Origin: Eledone cirrhosa
Taxonomy: Eukaryota
DNA: 64,000 nucleotides
Assembly: GCA_964016885.1 (NCBI GenBank)
Contig: CAXHJY010001340.1
Span: forward strand, 18,528-82,527
Reading direction: 5' to 3'
Within the stretch, counting starts at the first letter, position 1; each line of letters begins with the position of its first letter. A program made the position numbers and the translations under genes. Below, one piece after another: positions 42,181-53,965 of the stretch. Under the pieces are notes generated by a model. The model had not been told where the DNA came from. It made no database searches and worked only from the letters and a program-made list of their open reading frames with translations.

Positions 42181-45008
42181 TATATTGTTATACTTTGGGA
42201 GGGTCATGTTGCCAATAAGAAACACACGCACCAGTTGCTTTCACTTCAATTTATTATATATTTATAAATTTATAAATTTCTGGTTGGTTGGTTGGTTCCA
42301 CAACCAGATAGTTGTTTATATATAGTCATAGTCCTTTCGTCACACACTCTGTGAGCTCTTCAGTGGCTGGGGATTCCTTTCTTTGTCTCCGTGCCTCTCC
42401 TTTGTTCTGTCCTACGCCATTTTGTTTCTGTGTGTGTGCTGTGTGCTCAGTTTGCGCATGCGCCACATCCGGGTGTCTGTGTGTGTTTATGTTCATTTAT
42501 CTATTTGTTTATTTATTTATTTATTTACCTGTTATTGGTTGGTTGTTTGTTCTATGTGTGTGTGTGTTTTCATTTTGTCCTTAATTGTAAGTTGTGATGT
42601 TGCTGTTCCACTCATATTTTCTATTTAGTTTTGGTTGTAATTCTTTTATGTCTATTGCCTCTGTAATCTGTCTAAACATTGCATCTTTTCTGTGTGTAGA
42701 TTCTATTTTTATTTCTATGTTCTCTAATTTACCCTTGTGTTCTATCTTAGTATGTTGGTATAGTACAGATGATTCTTTATTATCTTGAAGGTCTCCCCAG
42801 TGTTCATTTATCCGTTCCCCTATACTACGAGCTGTCTCACCTATGTACACTATATTTTTGTTTCTACATTGTCCTTCAGTACATCTTATGCTATACACTA
42901 CATTTCTAGTTTTACAGTTAATATGGGGGCTTATTTTACAGGTTATACATTTCTTATCTATACATGAGGGTCTTTGGAAAGGGTATGTCTTGCTAATAAG
43001 TGTATAGGAGCAAATAAGTTGTATAGGAGCTAATAAGTTGTATAGGAGCAAATTTTGGAATAGAATAGAAAGAACTAGGAACAAGGCTAATAGAATAAAC
43101 TCATGGTATGATAGCAATAAATACCAGAGTGTAATGTTCATCGATACAACCCCTAGAGGCGAACTAGCCTACAAATTTAGAAGGGCCCTAAATAAACATA
43201 AACTCAATATTAAGATAGTAGAAAGACCAGGTACCTCCGTAAAAACACTTATTAGCAAGACATACCCTTTCCAAAGACCCTCATGTATAGATAAGAAATG
43301 TATAACCTGTAAAATAAGCCCCCATATTAACTGTAAAACTAGAAATGTAGTGCATAGCATAAGATGTACTGAAGGACAATGTACAAACAAAAATATAGTG
43401 TACATAGGTCATAAGGTTATATGTGTCTAGGTAACTATTACTATAGGTAAGCTTAAGTAGAAGTCCCAGCTCACTGGTATCAATCCCACGGAACTCAACC
43501 TTGCTCTCGCTGATCATTTCTACGCATTTCTCCACAGCAAAATCCACGTCAATAGATGGATACAGGGACACAACATCCATACTGCCTATTATGCAGTTTG
43601 TTAGGTCCCCAGATCGGTTACCCACGCCGATTCTGCTGAGGAGGTCCTCCGTGCTGTCACATACATCTGGGGACACTTCAATGATGGGGTGTATGATCAG
43701 GGAGAGGAAGTAGGACAGTCTGTAGTTACTAGCAATGTTAGCTCCACAGACTGGCCGTGTTGGTGGTCCCGCGACAGGGTCACATCCCGTTTTATGGTCT
43801 TTTCGAAGCCCATACAACGCCGGCACGTCATTGTTCCAGGCCTGGAAGTTGTTGGCAGTCCTTTTGTTGGGCTGCATTATATTCGTCCACATCACCATAT
43901 GGGCATTGAGGGCTTTTTCTCTATCCTCATGCTCCTGTTGTGTTACCTCTCTTGTGTTAGTGATGTGGGGTTGCAGCGAGAGCAAGGTTGAGTTCCGTGG
44001 GATTGATACCAGTGAGCTGGGACTTCTACTTAAGCTTACCTATAGTAATAGTTACCTAGACACATATGACCTTAGCAACCTGTGCCCTACAAGACCAGCA
44101 AGAGGCAGACCACCTACCATTACCTCAATGGCCAAGAAAACCCACACAGATAGATGGAACGGGTGGACCAGAGCCATACGGACACCCGAAAACCACGGTG
44201 AACTGAAGAAAATGATTGCACATGCGGTAGGGGCCAGCATAAAACTAACCCTCAAGGAACATATGTTCAAATTTAATGGAAAAACATATGCCCAAGAGGA
44301 AGGAGCAGCCATTGGTGTTAGCATTGCAGGCGACATAGCTAACTTATTCATGGTATGGTGGGACAGTAGACTTAAACTTAAAGAACAATTAGAAGACAGC
44401 TTAACCCTGATAATGTACTCCCGCTACGTAGATGATATAAACATCGTAGTTAAGACACCCCCACTAGAGAACAGTCAGGAACTAGAGAAAAACACAATGG
44501 AAAGCATGCAGCAAATAGCAAACTCCATCCACCAGAGCATTAGAGTTACTATAGACTACCCAAGTAGACACCCCAACCATCGATTACCTGTACTAGACAC
44601 AGAGCTCTGGTTAGATACCATTAACAACCAAAAACAAATCCTCCATTCCCATTATGCCAAACCCATGACTTCCAAACATCTGATCCACCGAAACTCGGCC
44701 ATTTCGGACCATACCAAAATCAACATACTGATTGCGGATTTGGTACGGGTGATGAGAAATGTGTCCCGCATGTGCAACCCCGAAGAACTAGAGAGACACA
44801 TACAACACTTCATCCACCGTATGCAGTTCTCTGGCTACAATCAGAGAGATAGAATCAGAGTGTATAGAGGAGCCAGAACCAAATGGGAAAAAATGGTAAA
44901 TAATGACATAAATGGGACCTGCCCCTTGTATAGGAGCAAATTTTGGAATAGAATAGAAAGAACTAGGAACAAGGCTAATAGAATAAACTCATGGTATGAT
45001 AGCAATAA

Positions 45009-45011
<3 letters not shown>
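42181..45011. mobile_element. Scrambled Penelope-like element (RT plus C-terminal GIY-YIG) in four overlapping segments
   Basis: RT motifs LYGLRKDHK, GSMDVVSLYPSID, GAAIG and YSRYVDD; endonuclease NVVYSIRC...IVYIGETARS. Segments 42181-43003(-), 43038-43409(+), 43407-43976(-), 43974-45011(+). Confidence 0.9.
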
Positions 45012-45058
<47 letters not shown>

Positions 45059-45067
45059 ATATATATA

Positions 45068-45522
45068 TTCTATGATGGACTCATGTAAATCGTAAAGTAC
45101 AATCCTTCTCTCCATTTCCACGCTCAATTCCGTACACAGTCCAAACAAACATCCAATCTCGCAAAATCCGAAATCTGTATTTTTTTGTTATCTATTTAAG
45201 GTTTAAATACGGTGTTTTTGTCGTATTGAACAGAACAAATCTTGCAGTTTTGCTTTTTGTTAAATCGCTTGTTAAACATTCATAACCTTCTATCTTAATT
45301 CTATCGTATTCGTCCAATTCCTTAATTCTATCGTATTCTCAAACAAAAAAAAAACAAAATCCTCCCCATTCTACTTATAAATTACTTTAAATATATATAG
45401 TATGCTACTTGAAAGTCAAAAAGCCGATCCACCCCTTCACCCTCCTGCTTCTCCACGAGGGGGCTGCGGTCAGCCACTATCTCCCCCCCCTCTCTTTCTT
45501 CCCCTCTATCTCTCGCTTAGCT

Positions 45523-45553
<31 letters not shown>

Positions 45554-46050
45554 AGATAAGTTCTCCTTCATGTTTATCCACTTTGCTTCAATTATTTCTA
45601 TGATGGACTCATGTAAATCGTAAAGTACAATCCTTCTCTCCATTTCCACGCTCAATTCCGTACACAGTCCAAACAAACATCCAATCTCGCAAAATCCGAA
45701 ATCTGTATTTTTTTGTTATCTATTTAAGGTTTAAATACGGTGTTTTTGTCGTATTGAACAGAACAAATCTTGCAGTTTTGCTTTTTGTTAAATCGCTTGT
45801 TAAACATTCATAACCTTCTATCTTAATTCTATCGTATTCGTCCAATTCCTTAATTCTATCGTATTCTCAAACAAAAAAAAAACAAAATCCTCCCCATTCT
45901 ACTTATAAATTACTTTAAATATATATAGTATGCTACTTGAAAGTCAAAAAGCCGATCCACCCCTTCACCCTCCTGCTTCTCCACGAGGGGGCTGCGGTCA
46001 GCCACTATCTCCCCCCCCTCTCTTTCTTCCCCTCTATCTCTCGCTTAGCT

Positions 46051-46081
<31 letters not shown>

Positions 46082-46579
46082 AGATAAGTTCTCCTTCATG
46101 TTTATCCACTTTGCTTCAATTATTTCTATGATGGACTCATGTAAATCGTAAAGTACAATCCTTCTCTCCATTTCCACGCTCAATTCCGTACACAGTCCAA
46201 ACAAACATCCAATCTCGCAAAATCCGAAATCTGTATTTTTTTGTTATCTATTTAAGGTTTAAATACGGTGTTTTTGTCGTATTGAACAGAACAAATCTTG
46301 CAGTTTTGCTTTTTGTTAAATCGCTTGTTAAACATTCATAACCTTCTATCTTAATTCTATCGTATTCGTCCAATTCCTTAATTCTATCGTATTCTCAAAC
46401 AAAAAAAAAACAAAATCCTCCCCATTCTACTTATAAATTACTTTAAATATATATAGTATGCTACTTGAAAGTCAAAAAGCCGATCCACCCCTTCACCCTC
46501 CTGCTTCTCCACGAGGGGGCTGCGGTCAGCCACTATCTCCCCCCCCCTCTCTTTCTTCCCCTCTATCTCTCGCTTAGCT

Positions 46580-46610
<31 letters not shown>

Positions 46611-47107
46611 AGATAAGTTCTCCTTCATGTTTATCCACTTTGCTTCAATTATTTCTATGATGGACTCATGTAAATCGTAAAGTACAATCCTTCTCTCCAT
46701 TTCCACGCTCAATTCCGTACACAGTCCAAACAAACATCCAATCTCGCAAAATCCGAAATCTGTATTTTTTTGTTATCTATTTAAGGTTTAAATACGGTGT
46801 TTTTGTCGTATTGAACAGAACAAATCTTGCAGTTTTGCTTTTTGTTAAATCGCTTGTTAAACATTCATAACCTTCTATCTTAATTCTATCGTATTCGTCC
46901 AATTCCTTAATTCTATCGTATTCTCAAACAAAAAAAAAACAAAATCCTCCCCATTCTACTTATAAATTACTTTAAATATATATAGTATGCTACTTGAAAG
47001 TCAAAAAGCCGATCCACCCCTTCACCCTCCTGCTTCTCCACGAGGGGGCTGCGGTCAGCCACTATCTCCCCCCCCTCTCTTTCTTCCCCTCTATCTCTCG
47101 CTTAGCT

Positions 47108-47138
<31 letters not shown>

Positions 47139-47635
47139 AGATAAGTTCTCCTTCATGTTTATCCACTTTGCTTCAATTATTTCTATGATGGACTCATGTA
47201 AATCGTAAAGTACAATCCTTCTCTCCATTTCCACGCTCAATTCCGTACACAGTCCAAACAAACATCCAATCTCGCAAAATCCGAAATCTGTATTTTTTTG
47301 TTATCTATTTAAGGTTTAAATACGGTGTTTTTGTCGTATTGAACAGAACAAATCTTGCAGTTTTGCTTTTTGTTAAATCGCTTGTTAAACATTCATAACC
47401 TTCTATCTTAATTCTATCGTATTCGTCCAATTCCTTAATTCTATCGTATTCTCAAACAAAAAAAAAACAAAATCCTCCCCATTCTACTTATAAATTACTT
47501 TAAATATATATAGTATGCTACTTGAAAGTCAAAAAGCCGATCCACCCCTTCACCCTCCTGCTTCTCCACGAGGGGGCTGCGGTCAGCCACTATCTCCCCC
47601 CCCTCTCTTTCTTCCCCTCTATCTCTCGCTTAGCT

Positions 47636-47666
<31 letters not shown>

Positions 47667-48166
47667 AGATAAGTTCTCCTTCATGTTTATCCACTTTGCT
47701 TCAATTATTTCTATGATGGACTCATGTAAATCGTAAAGTACAATCCTTCTCTCCATTTCCACGCTCAATTCCGTACACAGTCCAAACAAACATCCAATCT
47801 CGCAAAATCCGAAATCTGTATTTTTTTGTTATCTATTTAAGGTTTAAATACGGTGTTTTTGTCGTATTGAACAGAACAAATCTTGCAGTTTTGCTTTTTG
47901 TTAAATCGCTTGTTAAACATTCATAACCTTCTATCTTAATTCTATCGTATTCGTCCAATTCCTTAATTCTATCGTATTCTCAAACAAAAAAAAAACAAAA
48001 TCCTCCCCATTCTACTTATAAATTACTTTAAATATATATAGTATGCTACTTGAAAGTCAAAAAGCCGATCCACCCCTTCACCCTCCTGCTTCTCCACGAG
48101 GGGGCTGCGGTCAGCCACTATCTCCCCCCCCCCCTCTCTTTCTTCCCCTCTATCTCTCGCTTAGCT

Positions 48167-48197
<31 letters not shown>

Positions 48198-48703
48198 AGA
48201 TAAGTTCTCCTTCATGTTTATCCACTTTGCTTCAATTATTTCTATGATGGACTCATGTAAATCGTAAAGTACAATCCTTCTCTCCATTTCCACGCTCAAT
48301 TCCGTACACAGTCCAAACAAACATCCAATCTCGCAAAATCCGAAATCTGTATTTTTTTGTTATCTATTTAAGGTTTAAATACGGTGTTTTTGTCGTATTG
48401 AACAGAACAAATCTTGCAGTTTTGCTTTTTGTTAAATCGCTTGTTAAACATTCATAACCTTCTATCTTAATTCTATCGTATTCGTCCAATTCCTTAATTC
48501 TATCGTATTCTCAAACAAAAAAAAAAAAAAAAAAAAAAAATCCTCCCCATTCTACTTATAAATTACTTTAAATATATATAGTATGCTACTTGAAAGTCAA
48601 AAAGCCGATCCACCCCTTCACCCTCCTGCTTCTCCACGAGGGGGCTGCGGTCAGCCACTATCTCCCCCCCCTCTCTTTCTTCCCCTCTATCTCTCGCTTA
48701 GCT

Positions 48704-48734
<31 letters not shown>

Positions 48735-49231
48735 AGATAAGTTCTCCTTCATGTTTATCCACTTTGCTTCAATTATTTCTATGATGGACTCATGTAAATC
48801 GTAAAGTACAATCCTTCTCTCCATTTCCACGCTCAATTCCGTACACAGTCCAAACAAACATCCAATCTCGCAAAATCCGAAATCTGTATTTTTTTGTTAT
48901 CTATTTAAGGTTTAAATACGGTGTTTTTGTCGTATTGAACAGAACAAATCTTGCAGTTTTGCTTTTTGTTAAATCGCTTGTTAAACATTCATAACCTTCT
49001 ATCTTAATTCTATCGTATTCGTCCAATTCCTTAATTCTATCGTATTCTCAAACAAAAAAAAAACAAAATCCTCCCCATTCTACTTATAAATTACTTTAAA
49101 TATATATAGTATGCTACTTGAAAGTCAAAAAGCCGATCCACCCCTTCACCCTCCTGCTTCTCCACGAGGGGGCTGCGGTCAGCCACTATCTCCCCCCCCT
49201 CTCTTTCTTCCCCTCTATCTCTCGCTTAGCT

Positions 49232-49262
<31 letters not shown>

Positions 49263-49760
49263 AGATAAGTTCTCCTTCATGTTTATCCACTTTGCTTCAA
49301 TTATTTCTATGATGGACTCATGTAAATCGTAAAGTACAATCCTTCTCTCCATTTCCACGCTCAATTCCGTACACAGTCCAAACAAACATCCAATCTCGCA
49401 AAATCCGAAATCTGTATTTTTTTGTTATCTATTTAAGGTTTAAATACGGTGTTTTTGTCGTATTGAACAGAACAAATCTTGCAGTTTTGCTTTTTGTTAA
49501 ATCGCTTGTTAAACATTCATAACCTTCTATCTTAATTCTATCGTATTCGTCCAATTCCTTAATTCTATCGTATTCTCAAACAAAAAAAAAACAAAATCCT
49601 CCCCATTCTACTTATAAATTACTTTAAATATATATAGTATGCTACTTGAAAGTCAAAAAGCCGATCCACCCCTTCACCCTCCTGCTTCTCCACGAGGGGG
49701 CTGCGGTCAGCCACTATCTCCCCCCCCCTCTCTTTCTTCCCCTCTATCTCTCGCTTAGCT

Positions 49761-49791
<31 letters not shown>

Positions 49792-50056
49792 AGATAAGTT
49801 CTCCTTCATGTTTATCCACTTTGCTTCAATTATTTCTATGATGGACTCATGTAAATCGTAAAGTACAATCCTTCTCTCCATTTCCACGCTCAATTCCGTA
49901 CACAGTCCAAACAAACATCCAATCTCGCAAAATCCGAAATCTGTATTTTTTTGTTATCTATTTAAGGTTTAAATACGGTGTTTTTGTCGTATTGAACAGA
50001 ACAAATCTTGCAGTTTTGCTTTTTGTTAAATCGCTTGTTAAACATTCATAACCTTC
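45068..50056. repeat. 528-bp tandem repeat, ~9.4 near-identical copies
   Basis: Identical ORF-track hits 528 bp apart (45409, 45937, ...); the differences I could see are confined to homopolymer tracts. Confidence 0.95.
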
Positions 50057-53000
50057 CAGCTAGCTACCCCAACCTTCCAGCTAGCTACCCCACACCCCTC
50101 CCTCCCGCCCCCACACGCCACCATACTTAATACGTGGACCAATCATAAGCCAGAGCCCCCCCCCCCCCGCATCACCACCATTATTATAAGCCAGAGTCAC
50201 CCACCCCCACCCCCACGCATCACCATTATTATTATTACGCGGACCAAATCATAAGCCAGAGGCCTATACTATCGCTTGCCCGGTTGCCTTCGATATACGA
50301 TGGATGGATAGATGGATGGATGGATGGACGGACGGACTGCGGAATCCTTGAAGAGTGGAAGGGAGAGAAAAATCTGGACGCCCAGAGCGAAAATGCCAAA
50401 GTTAAAGTCAAATTCACCTCGTGGACGAGAATGCGAGCACTCCTCTTTGTTTCGTCCGCGGATGGCTAACATAACCCTATCTCCTCCCGCCCCCCACCAC
50501 CCCCACCCTCCAAACGCAACCCAAAACTTCAGAGTTGGTACCATAAATGTAGGCACCCTAAAGGGTCGCGCTAACGAGGTTGTAGAAATGCTTGAACGTA
50601 AGGAGGTCGATGTTTGTTGTATTCAAGAGACCAGGTGGAGGGGTGGGTCTGCTAGATTCATTGAGGGTAAAAAACGATGTTATAAGCTTTTCTGGGTGGG
50701 AAACGACGATGGGCTGGGTGGAGTAGGAATCATGGTAGCAGAAAAGTGGGCAGATAAGATAATAGACGTAAATAGAGTGAACGACAGAATAATTAAAATA
50801 AGACTTGTCCTCAATAGAACTACGGTGACAGTAATATCTGCGTACGCACCCCAATCCGGACTGCCCGGCACTATAAAAGACAGATTCTATGAGACACTGT
50901 TGCTAACTACCTCCCAAATATCTGACAGTGACTATATAATTATTGCAGGCGACCTAAATGGTCACGTTGGACAACATTGTGACGGCTATGACGAAATCCA
51001 TGGAGGCTATGGGTTTGGTACTAGAAATGAGGAAGGCTCCAGAATTCTGGAATACTGTGATGCAAATAACCTAACTATCTGTAACACTAACTTCAAAAAA
51101 CGTGACAATCACCTGATTACCTATAGATCCGGGGAACACACAAGCCAGGTAGATTATATCCTTACCAGAAGACGTGACAGAGTGTCTGTTGTAAACACTA
51201 AATCCCTCCCCCATGAAGAATGCACCTCCCAACATAGACTGATAATTAGCGACCTCATAGTCAGGACGAGACGCACCCGACAGCAGAAGAGGACTATCCT
51301 CAGGAGGAAAATATGGAAACTAAAAGACCCCACAGCCAGAAATAAATTTCAAAGCATATTACTTGATGCTTTCGACAGTAAGGAAGAGCATCTAGAATCG
51401 GACAATATAGAGGGACAGTGGAAATTTCTGAAAGCTAACCTGCTGTTGGCGACAGACGAAGTCTGTGGCTGGAGCAGGCCTGTAGGCAGGAGGAGAGTAA
51501 CATGGTGGTGGAACAGTAAGGTGGAGGGGTCAATTAAGGCCAAAAAGCAGGCTTGGAAAGTATGGCGGGATGGGGGAAGTAGAGTAGACTATCAAGTGGC
51601 CAGGAGGGAAGCTAGGAGAGAAGTGTACTTAGCAAGAAGGGAAGCTGAGGAAAGAAAGTTCAAGCATGTTCTACAACGCGATGACCAAAAACGTGAGGTG
51701 TTCAGGATTGCCAGGCAATGCGTCAAGGAAAACCGTGATATTGTCGGGGAGAAGTGTGTACTTAACGATGATGGCATACTTGCCATCACCGACACTGATA
51801 AGAAGGTAGCTTGGAAGTGTCACTATGAAAGGCTACTAAATGAGGAGAATAAATGGGAGAAAGACAGTCTCCCCCATATCGACCCGATAGAGGGACCAGC
51901 AGTGTTAGTCGAGGGGAGTATAATAAGTAAGGCAATCAAGGATATGAAGACTGGTAAGGCGGCTGGGCCTTCGGAAATAGTTGCTGAGATGCTGAAGGCA
52001 TCTGGCACGGTGGGACACACCATGGTCACCCGCATAGTTAACAAAGTCGTACAGAATGGGGTTGTTCCGAAGGACTGGCATAGCAGCATCATCGTTAACT
52101 GTTATAAGGGTAAAGGAGACGCCCTAGATAGGAGTAACTATAGAGGCATTAAATTAATCGACCAGGTCATGAAGGTCACGGAAAAAGTAATAGCGCAACT
52201 AATCAGAGAGAGAATTGATCTAGATGAAATGCAGTTCGGGTTTGTGTCAGGCAAAAGCACCACAGACGCTCTTTTCATAGTACGACAACTACAGGAGAAG
52301 TACCTAGCTAAAGGTAAACCCCTCTACTTAGCTTTTGTCGACCTGGAGAAAGCCTTCGACAGAGTCCCCCGCTCCATTATCTGGTGGGCTCTTAGAAAAC
52401 TAGGCGTTGACGAATGGCTTGTGAGGGCTATACAAGCCATGTATAAAGAAACAGTCAGCAAGGTTAGAATTAACAACGAATATAGTGAAGAGTTTAGCGT
52501 AAAAGTTGGCGTCCATCAGGGCTCTGTTCTCAGCCCCCTACTATTTATTATTGCCCTTCAGGCTATAACAGAGGAGTTCAAGACAGGCTGCCCATGGGAA
52601 CTCCTATACGCAGACGACCTGACACTCATAGCGGAATCAATGGCCGAGCTAGAGAAGAAATTCCAAACATGGAAGCACGGCCTAGAGTCAAAAGGACTTA
52701 AAATTAACCTGGCTAAGACCAAAGTTCTAGTTTGTAGGAAAGAAAACAAGGCGGCGGTCCCTTCTGGGAAATGGTCGTGCTCGGTATGTAGGAAAGGCGT
52801 AGGTAGAAACTCCATCTTATGTCCTAAATGCAAAGTATGGGTGCATAAAAGATGTAGTGGGATCACAGGTAAGCTAACTAAGAACATAGACTTTACATGT
52901 GGCCGGTGTTCTGGTGCAATAAGTAGCAGCAAGTGCCCACAAAATACTAGCTCTTTCAATTGCGCAGAGGGTTTTATAGAAATAGTGGACAGCTTCCGTT

Positions 53001-53936
53001 ACCTGGGCGATAAAATCAGCAGTGGGGGAGGGTGCTCTGAAAGTACTGTAGCTAGAGTCAGAACTGGTTGGAAAAAGTTCAGAGAGCTTATACCACTATT
53101 AGCTGCTAAAGGGTTCTCCCTAAAAATGAAAGGCAGGTTGTACGATGCCTGCATACGAACAGCAATGTTGCATGGTAGTGAGACCTGGGCATTGTGTGCA
53201 GAGGATATACGCAGACTAGAGAGGAACGAAGCTTGCATGCTCCGCTGGATGTGTAACAGTAATATACGTGAACGGCAAAGCATAAACGAACTAAGGAAAA
53301 AATTAGAGATAAGAGGGATCAGATGTTGTTTACTCGAGAGAAGGCTGCGTTGGTATGGACACGTGATGCGCATGAAAGTCGATAGCTGTATTACAAAGTG
53401 CAGGGCAATAAAGATAGACGGTAGCCACGGAATAGGCAGACCTAGAAAAACATGGGATGAGCTGATAAACTCCGACCTCACACACTTACACCTCTCCAAG
53501 ACAATGTCACTGGACCGTGACCTTTGGCGGTACTCAGTAACAGAGAAGACCCGCCTTGCCAGTAGGCATCTCTAACAAAATACACCCCTCCCGCCGCCGC
53601 CACCCCCACCCCATCCACACCACCCCGTTCTATGTAAAGTTATGTTGGTGCCGCGCCATCCAGGCCGAAACAAATGAGATCGTGTAGGTGTCACGACAAA
53701 AAAACACACAGTCCACGCTGTAATGTGGCCGTGTAGGCAACACGGTAAAAACCTCCCAGACCCACACTGTAAATGTGGTTGGTGTTAGGAAGGGCATCCA
53801 ACTGTAGAAAACCTGCCAGACAGTCCTATGCGAGCAAGACAATCACTCTTGCCTCAAGTGGGACTACCCCCGTCCAAACCCATGCAAGCGTGGAACACGG
53901 ACGTTAAACGTTGATGATGATGATGATGATGATGAT
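50051..53936 (+). mobile_element. Apparently full-length RTE-clade LINE (family A)
   Basis: Repetitive 5' UTR, single intact ORF, 3' UTR and (GAT)n tail ending at (TA)n. Confidence 0.92.
50312..53575 (+). CDS. APE endonuclease-reverse transcriptase with an internal PHD-like finger (true start probably 50393 or 50462)
   Basis: GTINVGTL, IQETRW, SAYAPQ, GDLNGH, VDYIL, SQHRL (APE); [35 protein letters not shown] (RT); no stops over 1087 codons. Confidence 0.95.
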   Translation: MDGWMDGRTAESLKSGRERKIWTPRAKMPKLKSNSPRGRECEHSSLFRPRMANITLSPPAPHHPHPPNATQNFRVGTINVGTLKGRANEVVEMLERKEVDVCCIQETRWRGGSARFIEGKKRCYKLFWVGNDDGLGGVGIMVAEKWADKIIDVNRVNDRIIKIRLVLNRTTVTVISAYAPQSGLPGTIKDRFYETLLLTTSQISDSDYIIIAGDLNGHVGQHCDGYDEIHGGYGFGTRNEEGSRILEYCDANNLTICNTNFKKRDNHLITYRSGEHTSQVDYILTRRRDRVSVVNTKSLPHEECTSQHRLIISDLIVRTRRTRQQKRTILRRKIWKLKDPTARNKFQSILLDAFDSKEEHLESDNIEGQWKFLKANLLLATDEVCGWSRPVGRRRVTWWWNSKVEGSIKAKKQAWKVWRDGGSRVDYQVARREARREVYLARREAEERKFKHVLQRDDQKREVFRIARQCVKENRDIVGEKCVLNDDGILAITDTDKKVAWKCHYERLLNEENKWEKDSLPHIDPIEGPAVLVEGSIISKAIKDMKTGKAAGPSEIVAEMLKASGTVGHTMVTRIVNKVVQNGVVPKDWHSSIIVNCYKGKGDALDRSNYRGIKLIDQVMKVTEKVIAQLIRERIDLDEMQFGFVSGKSTTDALFIVRQLQEKYLAKGKPLYLAFVDLEKAFDRVPRSIIWWALRKLGVDEWLVRAIQAMYKETVSKVRINNEYSEEFSVKVGVHQGSVLSPLLFIIALQAITEEFKTGCPWELLYADDLTLIAESMAELEKKFQTWKHGLESKGLKINLAKTKVLVCRKENKAAVPSGKWSCSVCRKGVGRNSILCPKCKVWVHKRCSGITGKLTKNIDFTCGRCSGAISSSKCPQNTSSFNCAEGFIEIVDSFRYLGDKISSGGGCSESTVARVRTGWKKFRELIPLLAAKGFSLKMKGRLYDACIRTAMLHGSETWALCAEDIRRLERNEACMLRWMCNSNIRERQSINELRKKLEIRGIRCCLLERRLRWYGHVMRMKVDSCITKCRAIKIDGSHGIGRPRKTWDELINSDLTHLHLSKTMSLDRDLWRYSVTEKTRLASRHL

Positions 53937-53965
53937 TTATATATATATATGTATATTTGTATATA

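Noticed and set aside
45068-45150. Hammerhead or C/D snoRNA in the 528-bp unit (tatgatggact...agtccaaac)
   Set aside because: Lacks the CUGANGA/GAAA core and a D box; only a 5-bp stem.
45409-49819. Repeated 64-66-aa ORFs in the 528-bp array
   Set aside because: Non-ATG or weak starts, include (CA)n/(TA)n, and are frameshifted by homopolymer variation between copies.
50405-50475. HDV-like ribozyme at the RTE 5' end (ttc acctcgt gga ... gctaa)
   Set aside because: A P3/L3-like motif is present, but I could not find P1, P1.1 or P2 pairings.
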